From: Podarcis gaigeae
Lineage: Eukaryota
NCBI GenBank assembly: GCA_964106915.2
Contig: OZ066919.1
Reading direction: 5' to 3' (one strand)
Length of the DNA stretch: 64,000 nucleotides
The notes below the pieces were generated by a model. It saw only the letters and a program-made list of their open reading frames with translations. It made no database searches and was not told where the DNA came from. Below, piece after piece: positions 35,499-49,471 of this stretch. The translations under genes were made by a program, and so were the position numbers. Position 1 is the first letter of the stretch. Every line of letters begins with the position of its first letter.

Positions 35499-36242
35499 AA
35501 TCTAATTAAAGAACCAACAAGAATACTACATATTGATGAAACAGGAGTTTACTAATATACAAAGTACCAGGCTGTTCACTACATTTCTCTCCCAATCCGG
35601 AAACTGATTCCCAAAAAGGAAAGGAAATGAAAAACATTTTACCCATGCTCAGGAAGATTGGGATCTTCTCCAATGTCCCTGAGGAGGGAGCTCAACAGGG
35701 CATGTGTCTGCACTAAGAAGGTCCTCAATCTCATGCTGTACCCTTCAGACAGTGACCACCCAAAGCAGGGCCTCCTTCAACAGTCTTAAGGCACAGAGAG
35801 CCACATTCAGAAGGAAGACACAGCCTTTCATGGACAAAGTCCGAGGGTCAGTCCCTGGCATCACAAGTAAAAACAAAAGGACCAGGTAGCAGGTGATTAG
35901 ACGCCTCTTCCTGAATCCTAGATAGATGATGCAGAGTAAGAATGTGGGTGGACCACATTCATACACGAAGTTACATTTCTTCAGGTAACTCAGAATCTGA
36001 CTTCTATGAAATATTTTAAGCCTCTTTTCCCATTAAAACTAACATCTTTAGACAAAGAGCTGTCCCCAGCCTCTTGCCCCACGTCCCGGGAAAGTTGTTG
36101 TCAAAGCCTAGATAGGCATCGTTGTCCAAAGTAACAGATCTTTTAGTGCTGGACCTGTGAAATTAGGTGTTTTAAAGTATTGGTGGAATACCACCTGCTA
36201 ATCTAGATAGCTCCCCGAACACGAGAACTGTGAATGGGTCAC

Positions 36243-36358
36243 CTAAGAGTTCCCGTTGTAGCTGAACGTGGCTGCCTCCGAAGTTTTAAGGCACGAAGTT
36301 TGTCCCCTTGCGTCATACCATTCTTGATTTCCTGCTCTGAAGTGTCTTCCAATTCATT
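36243..36358 (-). CDS. CDC14A: CDC14A exon 12 equivalent (116 nt): NELEDTSEQEIKNGMTQGDKLRALKLRRQPRSATTGTL
   Basis: ttccag|AAT ... AG|gtgacc; TQGDKLRALK motif. Confidence 0.95.
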
Positions 36359-36666
36359 CTGGAAAATAGGTACAGTTCAACAAAATTAATGAGATTCAAA
36401 AGAGGATTGTGTTTTTTTGTTTTACTTTACCTGGGGCCCAGCCCTTTGAAGGCAATATATCTTTCCTTCTTGTGCCATATTGTTTTGGGTCCATTATCAA
36501 CTACACAGATAACCCATGGGCTCAAGTTGCCATTTCCCACAAAGCCCTCTCAGGGTGCGCTTTCCACAACAGAGATATTTCACACATAAGCAGCTGAGTG
36601 CATCTTATCTAACAGGTTGGAATTTAAAAGTTGATGACCAGTCGTTCGAGAGGAAATACTCTAGCT

Positions 36667-36803
36667 CAGGCACAGGCAAACTCGGCTCTCCAGATGTTTT
36701 GGGACTACAATTCCCATCATCCCTGACCACTGTTCCTGTTTGCTAGGGATCATGGGAGTTGTAGTCCCCAAAATATCTGGAGGGCTGAGTTTGCCTTTGC
36801 CTG
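36667..36803. mobile_element. hAT MITE (URR1-like core)
   Basis: TIR CAGGCACAGGCAAACTC / GAGTTTGCCTTTGCCTG; perfect TSD ctctagct. Confidence 0.9.
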
Positions 36804-37814
36804 CTCTAGCTCAAATTATAAAAGCAAAGCTACACCTGCCCTCGGGTAACTTTGGAATTATCCTGTTCCAGGTTCTAAGATGGACAAAGGCCAAAAGCAC
36901 AATGTAGTGCCGTCACATCAGTTAACACAACCAAGGTTGGACATAGCGTTGCCACATCTGCGTTTTGCTTTCTCTCCATTCCAACATACCTTGCGTTGTT
37001 TGGGGGGGACGGGACCCATTAGCTTGCAATTAACCTGAATGCCAATCAATGTGCTAACACTGAAACACATTTGGACAATCGTTCCTGGCTTCATAAGTTG
37101 TAGTTCCCAAGCTGGGGCCAAGTGCTCTTCCACGCTGCCTTCACAATGAACATCTTGGCTTGTATTCCAGCTATGACTGAGCCTGGAAACTTGAACTTAC
37201 TGTCAGTGAGCAGACCAGGATATAATGTGAGAGCACTGAAAGTGGTATCTAATGTTTGTCATACTCAACAGGAGACCTGTTGAAATAGCTTGGGTCCATT
37301 AATCCCAATGAGCCTCCTCTGAGTAGAACTTTGTTGGCTGCAATCCTTAGCATATATATCATGGGGTAGCATAATAGCTAAGAGGCCTACTCCAGGAAGT
37401 AGTTTGCGGGGAAGACTGCTTGAACCCATGACACTTGTGCTGTTGGGGTCCCCAGGAAACTGTGTTGTCTCCCCCACTATTTAATTTCAATATGAGGGCA
37501 CCGGAGAGGTCAATTGGGGATTTACATTGATGATGTTCATCTATTCTAAGAACTTACTAGGTAGCCTTAGACATGCTCTCTCTCAGTCTTCTTGCCCACA
37601 CCTCCCCCGGTGTACTAAAGCAATAATAATACTGAACACTTTTTACAGGAGTAAAATATATGAAGTTATTTGAGAACCCGTGAAGTGTTCTGAACACACA
37701 AGAGTGAGATAGATGGATAAAAGACATATATCAAGCATTATTATATTTCAAAAACTACTCCATTGCAGCTTTTCTACTTGGGATATTAAGGAGATAATTC
37801 CAGTGAAATTTTAC

Positions 37815-37977
37815 CTCTACATATTTATCCAAATTACTTTCTATTTTATTAAAAGTCCCACTGATGGAAATGTCATCCAAGCCAGACAGAATTCTGCTCA
37901 TGCTGTCTTCATCTACTAATCTTGGTTTCTGTTTGGATCGGAAGAGGTCACCTTGGAGCCATAACATCGACTGCTTT
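37815..37977 (-). CDS. CDC14A: CDC14A exon 11 equivalent (163 nt): KQSMLWLQGDLFRSK...ILSGLDDISISG...DKYVE
   Basis: aaatag|A ... GAG|gtaaaa; includes the ILSGLDDISI segment corresponding to the CDC14A nuclear export signal. Confidence 0.95.
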
Positions 37978-39919
37978 CTATTTAACAGTGAAAAAAGGGC
38001 AAAATTAGTTCCAGCAAAATGCGTGTCAAAGTCACAGTATAAACAACTATTAATTTCTAAAAATATTTAAGTCTTCTTTGCAGAGTAGCCCCAGGGTAGG
38101 GTACAGTAAAATAGGACTTTCAACTTGGTTACACATACTGTAGCATTGGAAATCATTCATTATAGTATACATAACTTTATTTTAAATAATTTTATCTGGA
38201 AGTTTCTTTTGGGTGTTCTTGCTTCTTCAGACGTTTGATTGGGAAAGATTATCATAACCAGGAAAAAAAAATCAATTCTAATATACTGCATTACAAAATT
38301 GTGAAAATTTTATTTTATTGTGTCGTTAAAAGTTCATTTTAAATAACCTTTTAAATGTTTTCATGAAATGAACTGATGAAAATATAAATATGTTAAACTG
38401 ATGCACATATAAACAGGATGCATCTAAAAAAAGTAGTTACTTTGTGTGACCATTGCCTTTTCCTTCATTTATGAAAAATAATGTAGCTGGGTGTTGCTGT
38501 TTTTTTTTTTAACTTTGTTATGCTAAATGTTACTGATTTCCCCCACAAGCAATTCCCGCCCCCCCTGCAGTTTTGCTTAGTAGACAACTCTGGAAGTGAG
38601 CCAAAAGAAATAGCATTATCCACATACTTTGACTCAGAGAAAAGCTCCCACAGGGAGGTTACATAACTGGTGAATAGGTCAGGATTAGAAAGATGGGGTG
38701 GGGGGGGAGTTATTTCTGCTTAGAGTGAGGAAGTTGATATCCAGTATAATTAAGTGTGATCTGAGATTATACTGCTGATGATGAAAGCCATTAACTCTTG
38801 AAATAACATGCTGGGAATCTGTGTCACATATGAGCAAAGATTAAGAGGTGAAATATATGTTAGCCTTTCTTCTAATTATCGAGGAAGCTTTTGTTTCTCC
38901 TTTAGATTATCTTATTCATACATTATAAAGTGCACATGAACAACTGTTTACAATTATTTCCCAGCATTTATTTGTTAGGAGGCTAACTGTCCAGAAGTAA
39001 CGCTTGGAGTATTTTGGGTAGGACAACTGAAAAACACAATCTAAAAGAACAGAGACCTTTGCACAGTTCAAGTTCCTTTGCCCCCTGCTTCTGCAATGAC
39101 AGCCTTTTTACTCTAAATAGCACAGTTCTTACAGGGAAGGTTAGGACTCCAGTCTAGCAATTTGCATGTTCATTGATGAGCTTCGATATCAACACAGAGC
39201 TTCACGCGAGAAAAGGATTTTGTGTTCTTCTCAGATGTACAGGACACAATTGAAAAAAAAGAATGCAAGGAAGTTTTCTTGACACTAATGAGAAAACATG
39301 GGTTCTTCAACTGGACCTGAGCACTACTGTTCAGGCTTTCCTACTGAAAACTAAAATATGTTCTAGCCCGTTTCAAATGCTTTCTAGTGCTATTATTCTG
39401 TCTCACATAGGGATCCAGGGATTGCAAAGGTGAGAAAGTTATCACTACAAAAAGAACTGGGACTCAATGCATTTAACCTTTTAAATCCCAAAGTTAGGGG
39501 ATATGTGCCTTTTGGAACAGCCAGGAATACAGAACTCTCTGTGCCAAAAGCATTATTTTCTATAAACTACAAAACAATGGCAGTATGAATTAGGAGCATC
39601 GTTCACTGTTGTTTTATGATGTTTGTTCTAGATAGTTATTTTAAGCATTAAAAATTGAACTTTTTTTTTAATTAAAAAAAAACCTCTCTGAAAAGAGCCA
39701 AAATTCCAAACGTGAATCATCGCTTTGTGAGAAAGCAACTTTTGTTCATCTCTGGCATTTAAACTTGCGACCTTTAGCAAAGAGGATAAACTCTGAAACC
39801 TCCTTCTCAGCCGATTTGCCAATGTGCTCATGTGGTCGTTCTCGGATGTTAAAACGCCTACATTCTGTCTTGCTAATATCAATATGCCCTCAGCTTTCCT
39901 GGCTCTGCACCTTTCAGTA

Positions 39920-40323
39920 ACCAGTACTTTTCCGGGAACAATTCAAAGTGTTGGTGCTGACCTTTAAAGCCCTAAACAGCACTCGGTCCAGTATACCTGA
40001 AGGAGCGTCTCCACCCCCATCGTTCTGCCTGGACACTGAGGTCCAGCGCCGAGGGCCTTCTGGCAGTTCCCTCCCTGCAAGAAGCGAAGTTACAGGGAAC
40101 CAAGCAGAGGGCCTTCTCGGTAGTGGCGCCTGCCCTGTGGAACGTCCTCCCATCAGATGTCAAGGAGATAAAGAACAATCTGACTTTTAGAAGACACCTG
40201 AAGGCAGCCCTGTTTAGGGAAGTTTTTAATGTTTGATCTTTTATCGCATTTTTAATCTTCTGTTGGAAGCAGCCCAGAGTGGCTGGGGAAACCCAGCGAG
40301 ATGGGCGAAGTATTAATAATAAG

Positions 40324-40354
<31 letters not shown>

Positions 40355-40376
40355 AGTAGTAGTAGTAGTAGTAGTA
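39920..40376 (+). mobile_element. L2-type LINE 3' fragment with (GTT)n(GTA)n tail
   Basis: Encodes the FKVLVLTFKALN RT C-terminal motif, then a 3'UTR cccagagtggctggggaaacccag. Confidence 0.85.
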
Positions 40377-41592
40377 TAATCGGAGCTGGGATTAATCCTG
40401 TCAGATACCTGGATACCACATAACAATATCTAGCATATTCTGCTTAACTACTGTTGGGCTGTAAATAGTGACATATTTCCCAAGGGAAATGGCCATAAAA
40501 TTGCTGGTGGTGAACTTTTCTCAGCCAAAGGACTGCTTCATCCCCTCATGGGCAAACTTCTGGGGCTACATACCAGTGATATGTGGGGCCAGATGTAAAG
40601 ATGGGCAGAGCAATGGATGTGACTCTTTCCTTTTCTACAACAGGCTACATTCCAGCCATGTGAAAGTTGGAGGTTGACGCATACCTAGACTACCAAAGTC
40701 TCCTTCCTCCTTTCTGGGCAAGCAAGGGAAATTATCACAGTTGGAAGGACACTTTCCAGCCAGGCAAATGTACTGGGGGCAAGAGAAGAGTCCAGAGGGC
40801 CAAACTGAGAGGGTCAAGGAATAGCCACATTTGGCCTGGGGTTCCCCACCATCACATTAAGCTGCATCTTGCAAATGAGTGCCTATCTAATGTAGGGGCC
40901 CTATATATGCATGAGTCAAGAGAAGCAGATTCAAGACAAGCCTAAGATAATTGTCAATGATTCCATGAATGGGGCGGGCGGGCTGAAAAGTCCTCTCACT
41001 GCTAATCAGTTGTTGTAAAAAGGTTACACAGAATAGGAACGGGAGGCAACGCCATTACATCTTCCAATTGTGCTGTGTGCGCAAGTCAGGTGGAATGATA
41101 CCCCCTTCTTCACCCTCCATGTGCTGTTCTCCCAACCCCATGGCAGTTCTCCCAACCCCACAGATCCAATTTCAGGGGGCATATGGGGAGGGAGCCCCAC
41201 GGAGCAAGCAGAAGTTGTTGTGCAGGGTTCAGCTGATGGAGCTAGGTAGGTGAGTCCCACCTCTTATGTACGGGGCAACAGGGCAAGAGACTCGTCATAG
41301 AGGACAAGTTCAGATTGTTTCTCAACTTTAAGCTAGAGCGAGTGAGAAAGGGGCTTCAGGTGACTGCACCACCCCCAGAAATGCAACCTCATTGCCACTG
41401 ATACCACAGAGAAGGGTAAGGGGACATTCCATTTACATACAAATTAGTTTTCTTTGGAGAGTTAGAGACTGTGTAGCACCTATTTATTAAAAAGATGTGT
41501 AGATTACCCTTCGGAAAACAAAATGCAGCATGCAGCATTAAAACACGAATACAATTTTTGAAAAAATATAGCTCTGTGTTAACCTTTACCCT

Positions 41593-41899
41593 CCATTCTT
41601 AAGGAAATCAGCCCTGAGAGCTCACTGGAAGGACAGATCCTGAAGCTGAGGCTCCAATACTTTGGCCACCTCAGGAGAAGAGAAGACTCCCTGGAAAAGA
41701 CCCTGATGTTGGGAAAGATGGAGGGCACAAGGAGAAGGGGACGACAGAGGACGAGATGGTTGGACAGTGTTCTCGCAGCTACCAACATGAGTTTGACCAA
41801 ACTGCTGGAGGCAGTGGGAGACAGGAGTGCCTGGCGTGCTCTGGTCCATGGGGTCACGAAGAGTCGGACATGACTAAACGCCTAAACAACAATAACAAC
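41593..41899 (+). mobile_element. Bov-B LINE 3' fragment
   Basis: Near-identical to 16908-17209; perfect TSD aacctttaccct (41581-41592 / 41900-41911). Confidence 0.93.
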
Positions 41900-42372
41900 A
41901 ACCTTTACCCTTGGGCGATGCATTGCAGTGTGTGTGTGTGTGTGTGTGTTTTAGCATGTGTGGGTTTCATGAGTAATGTGACATGTATGTGTGAGTGATA
42001 AATACAACGATGGAGAATGTGTGGCATGGAATCAGAACCTTGAATTTTGCTGACACATTTCCCTGACCAATTTCCCTGACCAGCTACAATATTTAGCGCC
42101 ACTACAACATCATTACCAATTGCATCACCATCAGAACTGCGAATCCCATAAGGCAAATCAGATGGTCAATCTATCATCTTAAGTGGGTAGCCCTACTACT
42201 TCTTGTGGGTTTTCTTTTCTATGGGCACTACGGCTTGAGTGATTCCACAAAATATATTTTAGATCTTTCCTCCCTCTTCAAGAACACGTAGAAGAAAAGG
42301 GCCAGTATTCCACTTTGAAAGAAGTTATGTACATTCATGACAGAATTGCAAGTACATCCTGATACCTTAATC

Positions 42373-42525
42373 CATACAATTCGTATGAATTGTAGAGTTG
42401 GAAGGGACCATGAGGGTCATGTAGTCCAACCCCCTGCAATGCATGAATCTTTTGCCCAATGTGGGATTTGAACCCAAGACCCAAAGATTAAGAGTCTCAT
42501 GTTCTACCGACTGAGCTGTCTGCGG
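42373..42525 (-). mobile_element. tRNA-Lys(CTT)-headed SINE with CR1-derived 3' tail (Squam2 / tortoise Pol III-SINE type)
   Basis: Minus strand agctcagtcggtagaacatgagactcttaatct..gggttcaaatcccacattgggca joined to gcattgcagggggttggact..cccttccaactctac. Confidence 0.8.
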
Positions 42526-42860
42526 TTATCAACAAAGATATCACATTACAAATGCACACAAAATACTGACTCACTCTGCTCAGCCAAAAAGTCACGTAGG
42601 AGGATTAAACTACTTTACAACTTCTTAACCCGTGCACTGAAGCTACAATAGCCATCATACCCTGCGTAACACAATAAATCGGAGCTGTAATAAATTAGAG
42701 TATAGAGCAGGAATCGTTCTCGCAATTTCAGCCGAGAGAATTCTAAGAAAGTCACTGAATAATCTGGCATTCATGCAGCAGACTTGCTAAGCTCTACAGA
42801 GACAGGAAAACGTCTGGTGTGGAACAGCAAATTATATGATTAACAGAGGTGTCATACTTA

Positions 42861-43055
<195 letters not shown>

Positions 43056-44600
43056 TTAGGTACAGAACTACACGCGTTTAAGAATATCGACGAATTCCTC
43101 TAAATGTGTGATATTTCATAAAACTTGTTTCCTTGTACCATGTCCTAATGTTTTACAAAAGAACATTACTGATGTCTATTTTAAACACCAGGAATCCATC
43201 GTAGTACAAACATCCTGCTAGATCCCACAGAGCCCTGCTAATTCCTGTCTTAACCTCCACTGCCCTTTCTATTCCTGCTCTGGGTAAATCTACTGAACAA
43301 AGGTATACTGCTTTGCTGCACAAGTCAAACTGAAGGCGTATGCGAAAAGTGAAACTATATGTGATGTTTGTCACATGAAAAGGCATTACCTTGTCAAGGT
43401 CTCCCTTCCCTTTTAATGTGAAAGATCATTTATTTACATGGTGTGAAGATTTCGGGATATGGGAGTATTTCTGTCACACACCATTAGCTGCTCATAGCTG
43501 GAGGATGCCACAAGACAGGGTGACACTGAATCTGCATTTATTCTGCTACATTTCTGTTTCTCAGTGTAACTCCATCCTAAGTATTCTTTTTTAAAAAAAT
43601 TGGTTTATTAGAGTTGCTCTTTTCCCCACCCCACCCCAAACACGTTTAGTGCAAGATTTACTAGGATTTCAGCACCTAATGAAAAAACCACCAACACAGC
43701 TGATCTTCATCTCCTCAGCTAGCAGTTTATGATTTGCTGGGGATGCATTTTTATCCAGAATGTATTTTTTAGGGTTGTGAATTCAGGATCATGAGAGTCG
43801 CATAGGCACAAGCTGCAATGAAGAAGCCAAGGTAATCTTCAGCTAACAGAGCACCGCAACAATTGGTGTCCAATGCTGTTACCTCTCCGGGTTCTTTCAT
43901 TAGCTTAGTACATGGCTCCTGTGAAATGTCTTTTATTAGTTTTAACCCTGGTCAGCCTGAGACGGAAATAGTTTTGTTCTGGAAAAGTTTGTTCCCATTC
44001 AAAAGAAACACTGATATTTTCCCTTCAGAAGACAGTAGGGAGAATGAATCTCTAGGATGGTTGTGGGCCCAAGAACAGAAGCTGATTGGCTTTTTAAAAG
44101 AAAATGAACAAAAGCCAAAAAAGCACCTTGCCCTCTGCTTTCAGCTAATTAATAAGAAAGAAGGGGCACGGAGAGAGGAAATGCAACACTATACTTTTAC
44201 ACCCCTGCTTTCCAAATAAGAATCGTTTCATTTGAGCAGAGCACAGCACACCACAGACAAATGGGAAAATTTATCACTGCTATCCCAACAGCATAAGAAC
44301 AGTAATTTCTATGTCTACAAGATAATTTTTTTAAATATTGAAAAGACACGCTTCACTAAAAAGAGAGGCAACAGCATCACTCAGTGGAATAAAATAGGGT
44401 CTGCATTAAAAACAGCGGGAACCATTATGAAATTTCTGCTCAAAATCACAGCCGAAGCTTTTCATAATTTAGACTATTTTACCCAACACAGCATTTTTAA
44501 AATTAAGATCTGAGAATGCTATTTTCAAAGCTGATTATTTATTCCTCTTCGTGCCAGAATACAATACCACTGAATTGCTTTTCCTTTTGGAAGAACTCAC

Positions 44601-44831
44601 CTTTACAATGCACAGCTATGGCACCTTCTGCTTCCTCAGAGATGGTCAAGAACTGTTGCAATATACTGTCACTTGGCGTGCTTCCGTCTATGAAGAACAG
44701 GTCGTAGTGGTCAAACCCACCATCTGTGAAACGCTTTGCCTCATAAATCTTCTTGTTGAGTCTTATGACAGTTGTTATGTTGTGCTTCCTGAAATATGGG
44801 AAATAGGCTTCTGGTGCATGGAGAGGGTAGC
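44601..44831 (-). CDS. CDC14A: CDC14A exon 9 equivalent (231 nt): [14 protein letters not shown]...[10 protein letters not shown]...GAIAVHCK
   Basis: ttacag|GC ... AAAG|gtgagt; carries the general-acid loop (FIDGSTP) and the first half of the catalytic HCKAGLGR. Confidence 0.98.
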
Positions 44832-46953
44832 CTGTAACAGGAAGAGCGAAAACGCCTGGCTGTTTGTATACGACCTCCAAAAACTTCCTACTGGTACAGA
44901 CAACAACTACAACACCAGACTTTAAACACTTTTTGTTTAAAAACGAACATTACTAACGTAATCAACATAGTGTAAAAAGAAAGCAAACGTTACTAAGAAA
45001 ATCTGTGCAAGTATACAAAGTTGAGCGGCCTAAAATTGTAGTCAATAAACTTTCAGTCACGGAACCTTAGTTTGCACAACGCATTAAGCCAAATATAGCT
45101 TAGTGAGACTGTGCAAATGTTCACTGCTTTGGTCTTTCCTTGGAGATAGATATATGTAGATATAGATATAATCTGCTGTGTTGCCATAGTCAAGGTTGCC
45201 CTAGCATGTTGGTGTTATGCACTCTCACCTAACTATGAGGTGTAGCCATGAACAAATCTTGGTTTATAGCTCATGGTTGGTGTGGAGACAGCCACGAGTC
45301 TTTGCTCAGGTGTCATGCTAAGCCAAACCTTGGCTTATCTTCATGAAGCAGAAAATACCAAGGAGCAAAGCATCTGCAAGCTCATTCCTGGGAGCCTGCA
45401 CAGTATTGCTAAGCCTGTAACAGTGACATGTGAACAAGGAACAAACTAATGCTATTAGCTAACGTTGCAAGAAGCTGAACAACTAATAGGGTAGAAGAAG
45501 TATGAGTGGAAAACCCCCTTCTTCAATTAGATGTAGACCAGAATGCAGCATTCTTGCATCTTCCTCATCACCATGAAAATGACTTGATTAAAACAAGCAT
45601 TAACAAAAAACTCTCCAGGTATCTGTATATTAGAGTAGAACATTTACAGCTGTGGGGTACAACAACTAATGTATTTTCTATTTCTTCCCTCAGCTAACTC
45701 AGCAAGTCAACAACACACTGAAATATGCATGCTCTTCCTTTCTATGCTGCCCCCCACAGTTTCCTTTTTATATAGCTTTTGAAGATATGTGTTATAGTTC
45801 AGTAGCTACCAAACTGATAAGAGCTATGGCTCGTTTAAAGAAAGCAGAACAAATTTAAGGCTAGATACAAGAGTCTGAGATACAAGAATATCCTAGGGCA
45901 ATTCTTAATAGCAAGATGTTCCCTGTGCTTAAATCGGGCATCAAAAGGAAAATGATTTACAAAAAAAAAAAAAGAGAGAGAGAGAGAGCCCAACCACTTG
46001 AGTCTGGATTTTTGCTTTTTTTGCTTTTAGGAATAAAACATTCATTCTGAATAGGAGAATAGAAAACTAGCATATTGGTCTAAAAGAAGTGAGTATTATT
46101 TTAGCCACTACAGTATCTAAAACAGGGAATAATGCCACCTTATAGGTTTCACTCTAGATTAGAATCATAGGGTATGTATTCATGAAGTCCTCAGTCTGCA
46201 ATACTGTATGCCTGGACTCCACTGGCAGAGACCTCATAGGAAGGCAGATCATTCTGCCCCAGAATCTGCCTCATTGGCAATAAAGAATTCATATTTTATG
46301 TAGCATGTTCAAACATAACCTTAGGAATCCTTACAACTATCTAAGACCATTATCTATGTATTATAGATGCTGGGCTAGTCCCTCCAACCGTCCTGCCTTC
46401 ATTTTCAACTCTTATGTTTAATAGTCCTCATAGGCAGTGCCTATCTTCTCCCCAAATGTTAGCTTTGTAGGTCATTTGTAATTAAACTTGTAGTTCATGC
46501 AAACTGCCAGTTTTAAGAATGAAAGAAGGAAGGTTCGTTGTCTTCCCCACTTATAAGCTATTTTCATCTAACGATAATTATTTTTTTTTAAAAAAAAATG
46601 CAGACATGAAACAATGTTCATTTGGCCTCTATGGGTACTTCCAGACAAAAGCTCAATAGCACAAATGGGTCTCTGGAAACAGGTTGGGTTTTTAAAAAAC
46701 GTATTTGATCTTCCACAGAAAAGGTTAAATAAGGAGGGTCAATACTGATGCTAATGGCAGCATGTAGATGCTGTAAAAAGCTTGTGCACATGAGCTTACA
46801 TTAAACACCCATTTGGAAGCACCCTTGTAGCTTTTTAACACATCCACACAACTATTGTTTCCACTAATAGCATGGTGTTCTCCAAAGGGGTGCATACAAT
46901 GTTCCTGTGCATACAGCAAGGTCTCAATATCTACTTTTCACACATGTAGATCA

Positions 46954-47115
<162 letters not shown>

Positions 47116-48907
47116 CTAGTGGAAAACAAAAGCAGAGACTTAGAAAAATATTTATCTTCACAATAGTTTTTGAACAAGGTCCTCTTCTGCAAAGCTTTTG
47201 AAAAGTCATTTGTTGTCTGCTCATAAGAGAGAGTTGTATTGACATTGTACAGTTTACCTGCTTGCAATATCTACTTGGAAAGATTTGTCAGTTTGCTCAA
47301 ATTTTACCCAAAGCACTTCTTCCAGGACCAAAGAAGTGTCTCAATCTCTTTTCCTCCAGTTAAGAGCAGCAATGGAAGTCTGTGACATGATTAAGACTTT
47401 CAAAACTAATCTTTAAGGGAAGACAAACTGAGACCAATTAGCTTTGTTGTTTTTTAAAATGTGGTAAATACAAGCTTCTGGCCAACTATCACTTTCATGC
47501 TTCATCCTCTTATTATGCCAAGTGTGAAGCAGAGATGAAGCAGAGGTGCGTATCAGCTGAAGTCATCAGTAGGATGCAAATGGAGCAAGCATGTTGGATA
47601 CCATTCATCCCCAATAGCTTCCATTTTAAACCTAGATGTTGAGAGTACCACAATAATGTAGTAAAGCTACTTCATGTTCCTTTTTAAAGTGCACACTTAA
47701 TAAAATCTTAATTCTACAGGTATACTTGTAACAGAGACAGGGTTGGCTGTGGTAGTTCACTGCTGTGTATTTTGTCAAACACTCCTCTATTTTACATACA
47801 CACAAACAGAATTCCAAGGTCATCAATAGGCCTAGGCATATTTAATTGGGTGCAGACGGCAGATTTAAGGGAAGTGAATAAAAGGGTCCAGGATCCAAGG
47901 AACTGCATGTGGAACTAGGCTCATGAGCCCACTGTGGCTTTAAGACTTTCTTTTCTAGCAACTGCAAGCACCTATGCTGAAGAGCAAGTTATTTTTGAAA
48001 GAGAGGATGTCATAGGGCATGCGAGATTAAAAAGAATTCCAGAACTCAACTAGGTGTGTCCAAGCCCCCTCTTGTAAGGCCTTAAGCAGTTCTTTTGTTT
48101 TTGTTTTATTATGTATTTTTGTGTTCTCATTTTTTTTATTTTTCTGTTGTTAACTGCCCTGAGATCTTCGGCTGAAGAGCGGCATACACATTTTATAATT
48201 ATTATTATTAATTCTTTAGATCCTGGCCAGAGTGTCTGCTTAGATACAGCGTGAAGCTAAATCTCTGTGAGCGTTAAAAATAAGTGACACTGTCATTCTT
48301 AGCAATTTGTATTAAGTTGAGATGAAAAGGAGGCAGCAAATTTTAAATGAAAAAGATTATATAGAAAAGGTTCAAAATTCTTTTTTTTTTTTGAAGGACA
48401 AGAGGTGCTACTTCTGGAAGCTTCAGGTTTTTTTTTTTAAAAAAAACTTAACCCCAAAGTTAATTTTTAACAAGTAGTGCAAGCATTTCACAATGCGACC
48501 ATTGGTTAATCCACCTACCTACTCTTCCTGTTGGAAAAACTTGACCAGACATGTTCTAAATACACATTCTCAAGTACTCTCTTCAAACAACAATGTTTCA
48601 GACTTAGAACACATAAAATACTGGGCAAGGCAAATAGAAGTGACATTACTTGCCCAGTAAAATGATGCAGCAGTAAACTTGAGGCATGCAATAGCCATTA
48701 CTCAGACTCCACAAGCTAAGAACCAGGTAGACATAAATAGCATTTAACACTGGTCAATTACCCTAATAATACATTTCCCTCTTCGGACTAAGTGAACAAG
48801 AGAAATTGAGAGGAGAAGGAGTTCCCCCCTCACTTCTCTTATATTGAGAACTCATTTTTTTAAAGGATGGCATTTGCACAGTACCATGCAATACAGATCC
48901 TCTAATC

Positions 48908-49157
48908 CAGGGGTGGGCAACCTAAGGCCCGGGGGCCAGATGCGGCCCAATCGCCTTTTCCATCCAGCCTGCGGACGGTCTGGGAATCAGCGTGTTTTTA
49001 CATGAGTAGAATGTGTTCTTTTACTTAAAATGCATCTCTGGGTTATTTGTGGGGCTTGGAATTCGTTCACTGCCCCCCCCCCCAATATAGGCCGGCCCAG
49101 CACATGGTCTGAGGGATGGTGGACCAGCCCACGGCTGAAAAAGGTTGCTGACTCCTG
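48908..49157. mobile_element. hAT Charlie MITE (OC1-like)
   Basis: TIR CAGGGGTGGGCAACCT / AGGTTGCTGACTCCTG; TSD (c/t)tctaatc. Confidence 0.88.
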
Positions 49158-49408
49158 TTCTAATCTCATTATAAGTGGATCATGCCATGGCGCTCAGCAG
49201 CCTTTCACTTCTTTGTATTTGCTCTTTTACTGAAAAAGAAATGCATCAATAACTGGAAGGTAATTGGGAAAGAAAGCAGCAATGCACCAATTGTGCAGCA
49301 CCTACAATTTAGGAAAAACCCAAGCTTCGCCACAAAGCAGAACTACTTGTGCTTAATAAGTGCATGTTGAAACTCAGGCAAACTATTCAGTTCAGAAGAC
49401 GCACAAAC

Positions 49409-49471
49409 CTCATAATGCTCATACTCATCTGCATCAAATGTCTTGAAGTCAATAAATCCATGCTGTAAGGC
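49409..49471 (-). CDS. CDC14A: CDC14A exon 7 equivalent (63 nt): [21 protein letters not shown]
   Basis: ttctag|GCC ... GAG|gtttgt; phase 0-0; matches [21 protein letters not shown]. Confidence 0.96.

Noticed and set aside
42453-42525. tRNA-Lys(CTT) gene
   Set aside because: Acceptor stem does not pair and the body is fused to a CR1 tail, so it is a SINE head
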